Source: Anthoceros angustus
Lineage: Eukaryota; Plantae; Anthocerotophyta
Direction: 5' to 3'
DNA: 64,000 nt
NCBI GenBank assembly: GCA_010909165.1
Contig: VJWM01000326.1
Coordinates: 1 to 64,000, forward strand
Shown: in pieces, positions 35,741 through 50,434 of the stretch
Layout of the letters: every line of letters begins with the position of its first letter
Position numbering within the stretch: the stretch's first letter is position 1
Position numbers and translations under genes: made by a program
Notes under the pieces: generated by a model
The model's database searches: none
Told to the model about the DNA's origin: nothing
Seen by the model: only the letters and a program-made list of their open reading frames with translations

Positions 35741-38591
35741 ATGACCAAGCCTACCATGACCAAGGGCAAGGAGGTAGTAGCTAAGGAAGGAGCGTCCACC
35801 AAGGAGGTGGCGCAGGAGCGCAAGAGGTCTAAGGCGGAGGATCAGACCGGAGGGTGGAAATTTGACATGCCCTTGTTTACGTGCTGTGCCAGCTATCCTC
35901 TAGAGACCTTTCGACTTTCGACCTTGGGCAGCAGAGGAGAATATTCAGCTAGAGTGGGTGTATGGGCGACATTGGTCTTACACCAACCTTGAATTGATAG
36001 AGGAGTGTTTTGCTAATTTGCAGCAGAGAAGAGGAATTGGCCGCCTTACCGGATAGAACGCACGGACGGATCCACGGTGTTGGAGTAAGGAGCATACGCT
36101 GTATATGGCGGATAGCGAGGATAGCGGAATCACGTTGATGGAAGGAACGAGTGGAGGCAAGCGTGCATCAACGGCGGATCTTCCCAAGGGAGCCCTTACA
36201 CTTATGCAAGGGGGCATGAAGGCTAAGTCCAAGAACGGTTGGCAGACGGACCAAATCTTGGAGCCCAAGTGGAGATTGTTCACAAGAATTGTTTTGGGCT
36301 TGGTGAGCAATCCAAGGGTGTCATATTTCAGCACTACCTTCCTCCATTTTCTATGGAAGATCACTCAAGGAGCGAAGCCGGATTGGGGGCTCATCATGTA
36401 TGAAGCATACACCTACCACCGGGAGAAGTTGCTGAAACCCAACGCGTCGGATGAAGACAAAGGCCATGCTATCTTAGCACTTATCTAGTGCATTTGTGGG
36501 AAGTAGAGGGCTACTCACAAGTAAGGAGTTGGATGATTCCAAGCATCCCTTTAACATTGTGTACTTACAGGAGAGGGACAGGAGTGCTTGGTGCTTTGCG
36601 CTAAAGGAGGTGCCGCACCACCGGACATTATTGCCGGAAGGAATCCTCCGAAAGATAGGCCGAGGATGCAGGAGGACTTGCAAGGAGAAGTTGTAGGGGA
36701 TTTGAAGTTTGGACCGGAGGATGCGGAGATGGAAGGTAGGATAGATCCTACCATGGTAGGAGAAGGTCCTACCACGGTGGGAGGTGTTCCCACAGGGTTT
36801 GGGACCCCTTCGTCCTCTCATGACAAGGCCTACTGGGGAATTAGTCCTACCACGGTAGGAAGTAGTCCTACTTGGAGCACCTCCTACCACGGTAGGAGGA
36901 AAGGAAGTCACGGTTTGGAAGCTCCCAAGAGGAGATAAGAAGGCAACCGGCCCTGCTAGGTGGGCGAGCGGATGGAGTCACGGTGGGAGGAGTTGCCCAC
37001 CAAGTGATGAGCGGGAGCTCATCATAGGGAAGCAAGGGATGTAAGATCCCATGAGCAAGGCAAAGGCCTTGAGTCTCCGGAGGTAAGAAAGGAGACTTAG
37101 ACATGTTGGAGGAGATGCTGCGATAGGGGAGATGTTCAGAAGGTAGATAGGAGCCGCCAAGAGGAGAGTTGAATTCTTGAAGACGGAGGCGAGAAGACAA
37201 GGACCTACCAAGCAAGGGAAATTGCGGGTAGGCGAGCGGAAACCCAGGTGGGAGGATGTTATGAGGATGGAAGCTCAAGTGGAGCACTTGGAAAAGAGTC
37301 TTGAAACAAGGCAGGAGGCAAACAATCATATTCGGAGAACAAGGCTCTTACCAAGCAATTGGCAGCTCGAGAGGAGAAGGTGGAGCAACTTGCTCACATG
37401 GTGCGACATGGAAAAGAAGGCGGAAGACAAGCAAGTGCTGCTAATGGAGGAAAGGTCAAGACGAGAGCAATCTCGCAAAGAAATGAGGGCAGACAAAGGC
37501 AAGTAGGCGACATGAGCGGGTCATAGCCACACAGCCGTGAAGATTAGTGACATGGAAAAGGAGCTGGGAGAAATCACGGAGGCTGGAATTGAAGGAAGAA
37601 GAGCTGGAAGAACGGACACATTTTGTCCAAAGATTGGAAATGGAACGAGAAGTCCAAAGAACGGAGAATGCACAACTCCCTAGGAGGATAGGGGAGTTGG
37701 AGGAAGAAATGGCAAAGGAGAAAGGCCGTCATGAGGCGCAGACATATGTTGGCGGTGAGGGAGCGAGATTTCGCTGATTATGCCCTACAAGAGAGATTGA
37801 TCCGCCAACCGCAATGAGAGGACGGAGAATGTGGCTCTCCATGTCAAGGGTGAGCTGGCCTTGAGCGAGATGCTTACAAAAGCAAGTGTGAGCATGGAGT
37901 ATGGCTTGAGGATTACAAGAATTGGAGATGGCACAACAACGATTTGCAGCCCATCTTCACAACAAGGTGCTCAAGGCCACTAACGAGTTGTTGCGACTTG
38001 CGAGAGGAGGATGTTGGGACCTCATGACGATGATAGGGAGGCCCTCATGCAAGTCCAACCGGAAGCCTTAGACTTGGAGAGTGTCCCAAGCAATTGGCAG
38101 CTCGAGAGGAGGAAGAAGAAACTTCGCACTGTGGAGAAGCAAGGAGCTGGGAGAAATCATGTGGAGAGAATCACCCTGTGAAGGGGTAAGGAAGAAGAAA
38201 TGGCAAAGGAGAAGGTCCTACCATGGTAGGAGGAGTTCCTACCGTGGTAGGAGGAGTTCCTACCGTGGTAGGAGAAGGTCCTACCATGGTAGGAGGGCCG
38301 GAAGAAGCAGGATTCAAAGGTCGCTAGCATGGATTTGACGGCAAGGGAGGCGAGTACCTTGGCCCTTGCAGAATGGAGCAAGAATCACAAGGAAGAGGGG
38401 TTGATCTTGCAGAATGGAGCAAGAATCACAAGGAGAAGACCAACCTCCTAACATGGGTGCAGGAGAAGGAGCTCACTTGCTCCACAAGTGAGAGGAAGAG
38501 GAGGAGGAGGAGGAGGAAGAAGAGAGCCCGGGCTATTTTATTGGAGGAAGGAACTCAAGATAGGCATCAAGATAAGGAAGGGGATTCATAA
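35741..38591 (+). pseudogene. Family R accessory ORF, frameshifted, copy 4
   Basis: ORF pieces 35687-35992, 36105-36488, 36588-36938, 37547-37777 and 38373-38591. Confidence 0.7.
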
Positions 38592-38713
38592 GAAGTCCTT
38601 AAATTAGCTTGAAGACATGGGGCAAGATGCCACTTGGGAAGACTTTTCTTTAGAGGAGGACAGGCATTAATGCTTGTCAGCCCAGTAGAGTGTGTTGACT
38701 AGCTAGATAGGAA

Positions 38714-39798
38714 TGTTGACAGGAGCCATTAAGGCTCACATAGGTGGAATTTGCTAGAATAGAATTTTACCCAAGATGCTTGGATGTCAGAACTTAAAGT
38801 CTGACAATAGGATACACTAAAATAAGGAGTAAGGAGCTCACTTGCTCCACAAGTGAGAGGAAGAGCTAAGGGCGCTTGAGGAGGATGCTTGCAGATGTGA
38901 GGACCTCCTATAAAAGGAGGGAGCTTGTGAAGTAAAATTATCGTGTCTTGCGCTCCCATCCTCCCGAGTCCTTCACTTTGTGTGTGGAATTTCGTGCCGC
39001 AAGCCAACGCAGGTCCGGTAGAGAGGAAGAGCTAAGGGCGCTTGAGGAGGAGGAAGAGGAGGGAGCTTGTGAAGTAAAATTATCGTGTCTTGCGCCTCCC
39101 TTGTGAATGGTTGCCGTGAATTGTTTTGCTTTGAGTGTGTGGCGATGCTCAAGGAACTCTCGGCTTGAGGGTAGACTGCAGGAAAGACTCGGAGGTTCTC
39201 GTCTGTGCAAACCACATAGCAACCGCCCAAGGAAGAAGAGGGCGTTGTTGATTGAGAGAGTTGTGAGGAGGAGGAAGAGGAGTTGGAATTAATGAGCCAG
39301 CAATTGGTGTTAGAGTAGGAGATTGTGGAGGAAGGAAGGGTAGATGAGTAGAGAAGAAGAGGGCGTTGTTGATTGAGAGAGTTGTGAGGAGGATTAGAGT
39401 GTAGGAAAACTAAGGCCACAGTGCAGCCTAAGGGACGAATCCCAACTGCAAGTAAGAGGGCGCTCCTGTGTGGAGAAGAGTGTCTTAGGAGTAGGGACGT
39501 TGCGGTGTGGGTCGGGGTCCTGGCGCCGTGATAGACACCTTGTCAAGACGAACTGCAATTGTGTGGTGTCGTTGTAGGTTGAGGTTTGGTGAGTTTACGG
39601 CAAGACGGGCGAGCTGCTGTAGAGGGAGCGTGAGAGGGCGCCTTGCTTGTTTAGAAGGCTGAGGTAGTGTGTAGCGGTAGTGACGATTTCTCAAGATCGA
39701 CTGCTCCCAAGTCTCATGGGACGAAACCCAACGAAAACGAAAGTGATAAGTGTGGCCGCTAGAGGGGAATCTCGAGTGCCCCGGGTTTTCCTCCCACA
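38714..39798 (+). repeat. Family R LTR 4
   Basis: TGTTG...CTCCCACA followed by a PBS. Contains small internal rearrangements. Confidence 0.85.
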
Positions 39799-39802
39799 TT
39801 TT

Positions 39803-39814
39803 TGGCGCCGCTGC
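39803..39814 (+). promoter_or_regulatory. PBS tRNA-Asp type (TGGCGCCGCTGC)
   Basis: Same position and motif as 13857, one mismatch. Confidence 0.8.
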
Positions 39815-42800
39815 GGGACTTGTGGCAAATTGAAATTTTGAGATTTTTCTTAGCTTGGCATGAGCTGAGAAGATCTTGTAAGGAGGTGGAGCGGGGGTCT
39901 AGGAAGAAGTCTACACGTCCTTGAACTTGTGCGTTGTGAAGGAGGAGCTCCATGCCTCCTGAATGATGTGATTTTTGTGTTCCTGCAGCAAGAATGGCGC
40001 ATGGCAGGAGTTGGCTGATTTTTCTTTAACAACCGGGTTTTGGAGGCTATGAGGATGCTTGCAGATGTCTAGCAGAGGGAGGGGGAGAGGAGAAAACCAT
40101 AGGAGGTCACCCCACCATCGCAAGAGATCTAAGAGCGCAAGAAGAAATCAATGGAGGAGGAAAACGCAGGTGGTTGAAGAGGAGGTTGTTGCCGAGGAGG
40201 AAGAGCTAAGGGCGCTTGAGGAGGAGGCCTTTTGCCCTTGCCTACAAGGGGAGCCAAGTGATCCAGCAGAAAACGCTCGGAGAAGGGACGAATCCCAACT
40301 GCAAGAGGAGGAAGGCAAGAGGAGGAAGGAGGTGGTTGAAGAGGAGGAAGGAGGTGGTTGAAGAGGAAAGCGAGGAGGAAGCACCTTCGAGCACGATTCA
40401 AGTTCAGCTACCAGCACGGGCCTTCTCAACGCTGGACCTTGAGTGGTGGATCTAGCTCAACTCAAATGTAAAGTGAAGAAGGAGGTGGAGCGGGGTCTAG
40501 GAAGAAGAGGTAGTTGTCTAAGAGCAAGAGGAGGGGAGCTTGATAGAATCACTGCTCAGCTCACAGTCTTGGGACGCACACCTAGGGGAGACACCATCCC
40601 ACAACCGTCCCCAATCTTTTGTGCAGGACACCCTTTCTGCAGAGAACTTTGGTTGGAGAATTTACCTGCAGGAGAGGAAGGGAGTGTGAGTTCGCCTAGC
40701 TCATCTGGACCAAGCAACATGAGTGGAACAGGAGTAGGAGGGGGATTTGCTGTTTGGATAGTTGTGTGTTGAGGGGAGCGTGAGAGGGCGCTTGAGGGTA
40801 GACTGCAGGAGAGGAAGGAGGAAGTAATTTCGTGTAGGAGTTGAGAGGAGATCACCCCGCCTTTGTCTGCAAGGGATTTGTGAACTGAATGGAGAAATCA
40901 TGTGTGAAGAAAGCTTAGTTGCTGCTGATGTGCAAAGGAAGAAGTGGAGGAGAGAGCTCTTGGGAGGAAGCTACATGTGCTAACATCTTCAAGGGTTCCG
41001 TTGAGGAAGAAGAGGTAGTTGTCTAAGAGCAAGAGGAGGTTGTGCTCACGGACAGCGAGAGGAAGGAGGTTGTTGCCGAGGAGTTGCTGATCAAGGGTGA
41101 GGGTCAAGAATCAGCCAGTTAATAATTTCAAGGTACATCTTCCGCTCTTGCAAGAGGAGGATTTTTTGGATTGTTGAGCTCTTCTAGCTCGAGTTGGTCG
41201 TCGTAAGAGGAGGAAGGCAAGAGGGTGAGATTTGGGGAGAAGAAATCAATGGAGGAGGAAGTGGAGGAAGTGGAGGAAGAGCTAAGGGCGCTTGAGGAGG
41301 AGGAAGGCAAGAGGAGGGAGTCTTGAACCACGCCCATCTTGCTGCCCTTTCAACCTTGCTTGTTAAGAGGAGGAGGAGGAAGCTACATGTGCTAACATCT
41401 TCAAGGGTTCCGTTGAGGAAGAGCTAAGGGCGCTTGAGGAGGAGGAGAGAGCTCTTGGGAGGTGTGCCCACATTTGTGGACGCCTCAACCATGAGTGGAG
41501 GAAGTGGAGGTGGTGGAAGTCACACACCCAATATATGGGAGATTTGGGGAGAAGAAACGAGGTGAAGATGATGAGGCTTTTGTGCAAACTTTTGAACATG
41601 TGACTCATGCGAATTTGGAAGCTCAACGTGGATTGTCTCCAAATTTTCCTAGAGTACTTCGAGGTCAAATGAGCAAGAGGAGGAAGAGGAGGAGGAGGAA
41701 GGAGGTGGTTGGGATGATTTGAGAGCTGTATCTTTGAACCGGTTTTGTGGCTTAAGCTATGCACATCACACGCTGGTCGGCTGAGGACTCAAGGAAGAGG
41801 AGGGAGTCTTTGTATGATTACATAGAGGAGAGAGTACCACCACGGCCACCAAGGATGTAGCCTTCTGCAAAAGCAAGGCCTATGGTATGACCTTTCTTGA
41901 TAAAAGTTGGGGAAACAGTGTAGGAAGGAGTTAGAGGGAACACATGTAGATCCATGTGCCATAGAAAAATTAGAGCTAGAATGTGGTAAGGTGGTGAAGA
42001 TTTCTAAGTGTAGAGGAGATGGTAGAGTTTAAGAAGGTGGTGGAAGAGCATGAGAATGCGTGTCATTTCGACCGAACCGGAGAGCGACTTGAGGCCAGAT
42101 GACCGATTTGACGAGGAGTTGGTTGCCACGGCCCTTGAAGGGAGGACGTGAGCATGTTGTAGACGGCCTAAGGATTGATCAGCCTTTGCCAGCAGAGAGG
42201 TCAAATGAGCAAGAAGGGAGCGCAGTGAAAAGCCGCAGCAGGACAACTGGAACCGAGAGGGATAAAAGGGCGCCAGTATGGGCGCGAGGAGGAGGCTGGA
42301 ATGCTCAAGGGTGAGCAGTCAGGAGGGCTGCAAGTGGAGGAAGGCAAGAGGAGGAGAAGGAGGAAGGCAAGAGGAGAGGAGAGGAGGATTGTGGAGGAAG
42401 TGGAGGAAGGCGCCCCACTTGGCGAGGTGGCTGTGCGCCATGGGCGCGAGGAGGAGAAGGCCCTAGGGAGGTGGACACGCAGGGCGAAGGAGGAGATGGT
42501 AGAGTTTAAGAAGGTGGTGAAGATTTCTAAGTGTAGAGGAGAGGAGGATTGTGGAGAAATCACAAAATTCACCATGGAGGAAGTGGAGGAAGGCAAGAGG
42601 AGGTCGCCATGGGAGCGCGATCTGACCTGGACATGAGGCTAGGCCAAGAAGGAGGAGAAGGAGGAGAAGGAGGAGAAGGAGGAAGGCAAGAGGGTGAGAT
42701 TTGGGGAGAAGAAGGAGGAAACGGTTTTGTGAATGAGGTTGAGCATGTTGTAGACGGCCTAAGGAAGGCAAGAGGGCTGCAAGTGGAGGAAGGAGAAGTG

Positions 42801-43419
42801 GCACACATCCAAGGGCAAGGATGATGGAGAAATTGAAGGAAGAGGAGGATTGTGGAGGAAGGAGAAGTGGCACACAAAATGGTGTCGAGGAGCTGTGTCG
42901 CTAGAGCCAGAGCAAGGATTTATGGTGATGTGTATGAAGGAGGATTGTGGAGAAATCACACCTCAAGATATGCTAAAGGAATTGCAAGAAGGAGGAAGGA
43001 GTTAGAGGAACACATGTAGATCCATGTGCCATAGAAATTAGAGCTAGAATGTGGTAAGGTGGTGAAGATTTCTAAGTGTAGAGGAGAGGAGAAGGAGGAG
43101 AAGGAGGAGATGGTAGAGTTTAAGAAGGTGGTGAAGATTTCTAAGTGTAGAGGAGAGGAGAGGAGGATTGTGGAGAAGCTAGTTTTGTGAGCCGAGTTGA
43201 AGGCGGTTGTGGCCAGACCAACATCCACGTGAACAAGCTAGATGGAAACAAGCAAGGCGGAGGAGAGCAAGAGCAAGTCTCGATGCCGAGAAAGCCAAGG
43301 ATCCGTGAAGGGGAGTTTGGTGAAGACATGCAAGGAGGAGAAAAGGTAACCTACATGAGTGGTAGGAGAGGAGAAAGGGTGAGCAGTCAGGAGGGCTGCA
43401 AGTGGAGGCCAGGTTGGCA

Positions 43420-43860
43420 AGGAGAAGAGAAGGAGGAGAAGGAGGAGAAACTCCTACCATGGTAGGAGAGGAGAAGGAGGAGGAGGAGGAGGAGGAGAAG
43501 GAGGAGGAGGAGGAGGAGAAGGAGGAGAAGGAGGAGAAGGAGGAGGAGAAAAGGTAACCTACATGAGTGGTAGGAGGTGTCCTACCATGGTAGGAGGTGT
43601 CCTACCACGGTAGGAGGTGTCCTACCATGGTAGGAGGTGTCCTACCATGGTAGGAGGTGTCCTACCATGGTAGGAGGTGTCCTACCATGGTAGGAGAGGA
43701 GAAGGAGGAGAAAAGGTAACCTACATGAGTGGTAGGAGAAACTCCTACCGTGGTAGGAGAGGAGAAAAGGTAACCTACATGAGTGGTAGGAGGTGTCCTA
43801 CCATGGTAGGAGGTGTCCTACCATGGTAGGAGAGGAGAAGGAGGAGGAGAAGGAGGAGGA
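43420..43860. repeat. (GGA/GAA)n low-complexity tract plus GGTAGGAGGTGTCCTACCAT array
   Basis: Directly visible. Confidence 0.9.
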
Positions 43861-43927
43861 GGAAGAGGAGGTTAGAACGTGAAGGACTCCCATGTCCACG
43901 TTATTGAATGGTGAGGTATGAAATTTC

Positions 43928-44585
43928 TTGGAGCACGGAATCATGTTGGATAGTTTGTCTAGGGAAGGGCGTGCTGTCTTTCTCCCTAGAGCTGTGCCTT
44001 ATTGTCTAAGAGATGGGGTCTTATACAAGCTTGGTTTGGATGAGAAGATCCGACGTTGTTTGAAGGGAAGGAAGCTTCTCTTCTTAAAGAAGCTTTGCAT
44101 GCGTAAGAGGTTGGAGGCCATTATTCGGTAAATCACGGTGAAGAAGATCTTAGATGCATCCAAGGGCAAGGAGGAGAAAACGGAGAAAGTGACTCCATTA
44201 TTTAACATATGGCATGTCTCCATTGAATTTGAAGTACCTACCTATAGAATCATGGAGGATGTCCTACCATGACCAAGGGCAGGATAGGCTTGCTATATAG
44301 AGTCTTTCATAGAGCATGAGGAACGAGGGAAGATGCTTTAGAAGAAACTAATCTGTGAGCTTAGAAAGGATAGGCATGATGGGAAGTTGAGGAAGCAAGA
44401 AGCTATCATGGCCGGGATTTGGTTCTTCTATATGATAGCCGTATATGGACTTCCTGTGGAAGCTTAGGTTGAGATGGATGGGACCTTATGAGGTGGTGGC
44501 GTATGAGAATGGATCCGCAACCACGCAGGCCGGATGGGGATTTGCCGCCAACTAGAGTGAATGGGTGGAAGGTTAAGAAGCACTG
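43928..44585 (+). pseudogene. pol: Athila-like integrase remnant, second copy
   Basis: ORF 43928-44131 (YCLRDGVLYKLGLDEKIRRCL) plus the C-terminal VLLYDSR...RWMGPYEV motif. Confidence 0.75.
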
Positions 44586-45924
44586 AGATCTCGCTGTTTA
44601 GGACGCAAACAGTGAGGAGGGGAGTATGTGGAACGCAAAAGTTTGGGCAACAAGCTTAAATGAGTTTGCTTTTGAACAGCCCACACTCTTTGCTAGAAAT
44701 GGTTTGGTGAAGACATGCAAGGAAATTTTTGCTCCTTTTGAGCGGGAGTTGTAGGACCATGTCGGGAAGGCAGAGAGGATATGCAGGGAAAAAGAAACGG
44801 GTCAAAACGACCTACGGTGAGGAGAAAAGGTAACCTACATGAGTGGTAGGAGGTGTCCTACCACCGTAGGAGAAACTCCTACCATGGTAGACGAGGGTAG
44901 GAGAGATCCTACCACCGTAGGAGGATGACCGCTAGTGTTTTGATCACCTACCACCGTAGGAATAGCTCCTACCATGGTAGGAGAGGGTAGGAAGGTAGGA
45001 TAGATCCTACCATGGTAGGAGAAACTCCTACCGTGGTAGGAGAAGGGAAAACGCCACCATGGTAGGAGGATGTCCTACCACGGTAGGAGAGGGTAGGAAG
45101 GTAGCTTATGTTTTAGGCAGGATAGGCTTGCTATATATAGAGTCTTTTAGTGGACTAGATAAATAGGCCAAAATAGGTAATTAAGAAATTAGAGGCTAAT
45201 TTTCAATAATTAGAAATTAGGAAAATAGGGAAAAATGGTATTTTAGTATAAGGGAATTAGGAAACTAACATCAATGGTGGGAGAAGGGCCACGTGGCACA
45301 CATCCAAGGGCAGGATAGAATGGTAGTTACTTCTTCTAACCCTTGGGTGACTTATAAAAGTGGTGCAGGAGGCCATGACCAAGGGCAAGGAGGCCACAAC
45401 TCGTAAACTTGAAGAGACGGCCTCACGCAGAAGGCGCCGCCACACCTCAAGCCCAAGGCCCCATACAGCAACGCACTGCATACGTGAAGGAGGAGAAGGA
45501 GGGCGCAAGCTCAAGAAGGAGGAAATCGCGCCCAAGAGAGGAAGAAGGAGGAAAAGAGGAAGAAGAGAAGGGAGAAGAAGGTTGGGGCGCAACCCAACAC
45601 TTGCCAAGCTCGTGAGGGTGCCTAGGAGGGTGGAGCGTGGCAAGATTGCTAGGAAACCGTGCAGGAAGGGCTCCTAAATTGCTGGCGGTGTAAGAGTCCG
45701 GGAGAATTTTGGTGAGCTTTCTGCAGGAGAAATCGGGGTTTTGAGGACGCCAAGGTGTAAGGACTGCAGGAGGAGAGCAAGGGCAAGGACCTTTGAGCTG
45801 TGAGCAAGAGCAAATCGAGGAGGAGGAGAAACGCTTTGCAAGGATAAGAAGTCGGTGAGCCGCAGGAATTGCAGGAGAGGCATCACTTTTCTTCAATTTC
45901 GTGCAAGTACTAACCAAGGAGGCC

Positions 45925-48900
45925 ATGACCAAGCCTACCATGACCAAGGGCAAGGAGGTAGTAGCCAAGGAAGGAGCGTCCACCAAGGGAGGTGGCGCAG
46001 GAGCGGGCAAGAGGTCTAAGGCAGGAGGATCAGACCCCGGAGGGTGGAAATTTGACATGCCCTTGTTTACGTGCTATGCAGGCCAGCTATCCTCTAGAGA
46101 CCTTTCAGACTTTCGACCTTGGGCAGCAGAGGAGAATATTCAGCTAGAGTGGGTGTATGGGCGACATTGGTCTTACACCAACCTTGAATTGATAGAGGAG
46201 TGTTTTGCTAATTTGCAGACGGAAGAGGAAGAGGAATTGGCCGCCTTACCGGATAGAAACGACGGACGGATCCACGGTGTTGGATAAGGAGCATACGCTG
46301 TATATGGCGGTGCCGGATAGCGAGGATAGCGGAATCACGTTGATGGAAGGAACAAGTGGAGGCAAGCGTGCATCGACGGCGGATCTCCCCAAGGGAGCCC
46401 TTACACTTATGCAAGGGGGCATGAAGGCTAAGTCCAAGAATGGTTGGCTGACGGACCAAATCTTGGAGCCGAAGTGGAGATTGTTCACAAGAATGGTTTT
46501 GGGCTTGGTGAGCAATCCAAGGGTGTCATATTTCAGCACTACCTTCCTTCATTTTCTGTGGAAGATCACTCAAGGAGCGAAGCCGGATTGGGGGCTCATC
46601 ATGTATGAAGCATACACCTACCACGGTAGGAGGGAAAGGAAGTCACGGTTTGGAAGCTCCCAAGAGGAGAAGGAGAGCAAGGCATGCTATCTTAGCACTT
46701 ATCTAGTGCATTTGTGGGAAGTAGAGGGCTACTCACAAGTAAGGAGTTGGATGATTCCAAGCATCCCTTTAACATTGTGTACTTATGCCTGTGAGAGGGA
46801 CAGGAGTGCTTGGTGCTTTGCGCCTAAAGGAGGTGCCGCACCACCGGACATTATTGCCGGAAGGAATCCTCCAAAGATAGGCCGAGGATGCGGAGGACTT
46901 GCAAGGAGAAGTTGTAGGGGATTTGAAGTTTGGACCGGAGGATGCGGAGATGGAAGGTAGGATAGATCCTACCATGGCGAATCCCGCGAGGGTGGGAGGT
47001 GTTCCCACGTGGTTTGGGACCCCTTCGTCCTCTCATGACAAGGCCTACGGAGGAATTAGTCCTACCACGGTAGGAAGTAGTCCCACTGGAGCACCTCCTA
47101 CCACGGTAGGAGGGAAAGGAAGTCACGGTTTGGAAGCTCCCAAGAGGAGATAAGAAGGCAACCGGCCCTGCTAGGTGGGCGAGCGGATGGAGTCACGGTG
47201 GGAGGAGTTGCCACCAAGTGATGAGCGGGAGCTCATCATAGGGAAGCAAGGGATGTAAGATCCCATGAGCAAGGCAAAGGCCTTGAGTCTCCGGAGGTAA
47301 GAAAGGAGACTTAGACATGTTGGAGGAGATGCTGCATAGGGGAGATGTTCAAGGTAGACATAGGAGCCGCCAAGAGGAGAGTTGAATTCTTGAAGACGGA
47401 GGCGAGAAGACAAGGACCTACCAAGCAAGGGAAATTGCGGTAGTAGCTAAGGAAGGAACTCAAGATAGGCCGGAGGATGTTATGAGGATGGAAGCTCAAG
47501 TGGAGCACTTGGAAAAGAGTCTTGAAACAAGGCACAGGAGGCAAACAATCATATTCGGAGAACAAGGCTCTTACCAAGCAATTGGCAGCTCGAGAGGAGA
47601 AGGTGGAGCAACTTGCTCACATGGTGCATGGAAAAGAAGGCGAAGACAAGCAAGTGCTGCTAATGGAGGAAAGGTCAAGACGAGAGCAATCGCAAAGAAA
47701 TGAGGGCAAGACAAAGGCAAGTAGGCGCACATGAGCGGGTCATAGCCACACAATGAAGATTAGTGACATGGAAAAGGAGCTGGGAGAAATCCGCCGGAGG
47801 CTGGAATTGAAGGAAGAAGAGCTGGAAGAACGGACACATTTTGTCCAAAGATTGGAAATGGAACGAGAAGTCCAAAGAACGGAGAATGCACAACTCCCTA
47901 GGAGGATAGGGGAGTTGGAGGAAGAAATGGCAAAGGAGAAAGGCCGTCATGAGGCGGTAAAGATATGTTGGCGGTGAGGGAGCAGAGATTTCGGGCTGAT
48001 TATGCCCTACAAGAGAGATTGATCCGCCAACTGCAGAATGAGAGGACGGAGAATGTGGCTCTCCATGTCAAGACTGGTGAGCTGGCCTTGGAGCGAGATG
48101 CTTACAAAAGCAAGTGTGAGCATGGTGTATGGCTTGAGGATTATGAAGAATTGGAGATGGCACAACAACGATTTGCAGCCCATCTTCACAACAAGGTGCT
48201 CAAGGCCACTAACGAGTTGTTGCGACTTGCTTTTGAAAGGAGGATGTTGGGACCTCATGACGATGATAGGGAGGCCCTCATGCAAGTCCAACCGGAAGCC
48301 TTAGACTTGGAGAGTGTCCCAAGCAACAGGGGTGAAGAAACTTCGCACCATGGAGAAGCAAGTGAAGCGGGAGAAGCTGCACATGTGGAGAGAATCACCC
48401 CAGGAAGGGGTAAGGAAGAAGAAACGACCCCGGTAGGAACTCCTACCGTGGTAGGAGGAGTTCCTACCGTGGTAGGAGGGACTCCTACCGTGGTAGGAGA
48501 AGGTCCTACCATGGTAGGAGGAGTTGGAGGAAGAAGGAGGAGGCTGCTAGCATGGATTTGACGGCAGGGGAGGCGAGTACCTTGGCCCTTGCAGGAAAGA
48601 AGGAAGAGGGGGTTGATCTTGCAGAATGGAGCAAGAATCACAAGGAGAAGACCAACCTCCTAACATGGGTGTGGAGAAGGAGCTCACTTGCTCACATGGT
48701 GCGACATGGGAAAAGAAGGCAAGACAAGCAAGTGCTGCTAATGGAGGAAAGGTCAAGACGAGAGCAATCTCAGAAATGAGGGCAAGACAAAGGCAAGTAG
48801 GCACATGAGCGGGTCATAGCCACACAGGTGTGAAGATTAGTGACATGGAAAAGGAGCTGGGAGAAACCAGGAGGCTGGAATTGAAGGAAGAAGAGCTGGA

Positions 48901-50434
48901 AGAACGGACACATTTTGTCCAAAGATTGGAAATGGAACGAGAAGTCCAAAGAACGGAGAATGCACAACTCCCTAGGAGGATAGGGGAGTTGGAGGAAGAA
49001 ATGGCAAAGGAGAAAGGCCGTCATGAGGCGGTAAAGATATGTTGGCGGTGAGGGAGAGATTTCCGATTATGCCCTACAAGAGAGATTGATCCGCCAACCG
49101 TAATGAGAGGACGGAGAATGTGGCTCTCCATGTCAAGACCGGTGAGCTGGCCTTGGAGCGAGATGCTTACAAAAGCAAGTGTGAGCATGGAGTATGGCTT
49201 GAGGATTACGAAGAATTGGAGATGGCACAACAACGATTTGCAGCCCATCTTCACAACAAGGTGCTCAAGGCCACTAACGAGTTGTTGCGACTTGCTGAAA
49301 GGAGGATGTTGGGACCTCATGACGATGATAGGGAGGCCCTCATGCAAATCCAACCGGAAGCCTTGGACTTGGAGAAGATCCCAAGCAACATTGGTGAAGA
49401 ACCTTCGCACCAGGGAGAAGCAAGTGAAGGAGAAGCAGTGTGGAGAGAATCACCCTGTGAAGGGGTAAGGAAGAAGAAACGACTGTAGGAACTCCTACTG
49501 GTAGGAGGAGTTCCTACCGTGGTAGGAGGGACTCACCGTGGTAGGAGAAGGTCCTACCATGGTAGGAGGGCCAAGAAGCAGCGGATTCAAAGGTCGCTAG
49601 CATGGATTTGACGGCAAGGGAGGCGAGTACCTTGGCCCTTGGGTGAAGAAGGAAGAGAAGGAGAAGAAGGAGGGCGCAACCCAACACTTGCCAAGCTCGT
49701 GAGGGTGCCTAGGAGGGTGGAGCGTGGCAAGATTGCTAGGAAACCGTGCAGAAGGGCTCCTAAATTGTGGCAAGGTGTAAGAGTCCGTGGGGAATTTTGT
49801 GAGCTTTCTGCAGGAGAAATCGGGTTTTGAGACGCCAAGGTGTAAGGACTGCAGGAGGAGAGCAAGGGCAAGGACCTTTGAGCTGTGAGCAAGAGCAAAT
49901 CGAGGAGGAGGAGAAGTCGAGGATGAGCCATGGCTAAGAGAGCCCGGCTATTTTATTGGAGGAAGAAACTTCGCACTGTGGAGAAGCAAGTGAAGGAGAA
50001 GGTCCTACCACGGTAGGAGGATAGGGGAGAGAATCACCTGTGAAGGGGTAAGGAAGAAGAAACGACTGTAGGAACTCCTACTGGTAGGAGGAGTTCCTAC
50101 CGTGGTAGGAGGGACTCACCGTAGGAGAAGGTCCTACCATGGTAGGAGGGCCGGAAGAAGCAGCGGATTCAAAGGTCGCTAGCATGGATTTGACGGCAAG
50201 GGAGGCGAGTACCTTGGCCCTTGCAGAAAGAAGGAAGAGGGGTTGATCTTGCGGTGAATGGAGCAAGAATCACAAGGAGAAGACCAACCTCCTAACATGG
50301 GTGCAGGGAGCTCACTTGCTCCACAAGTGAGAGGAAGAGGAGAAGTCGAGGATGAGCCATGGCTAAGAGAGCCCGGCTATTTTATTGGAGGAAGGAACTC
50401 AAGATAGGCATCAAGATAAGGAAGGGATTCATAA
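45925..50434 (+). pseudogene. Family R accessory ORF, copy 5, with ~1.08-kb internal duplication
   Basis: Longest pieces are 45901-46287, 46205-46960 and 47965-48561. The coiled-coil part is repeated at ~48690-49620. Confidence 0.7.
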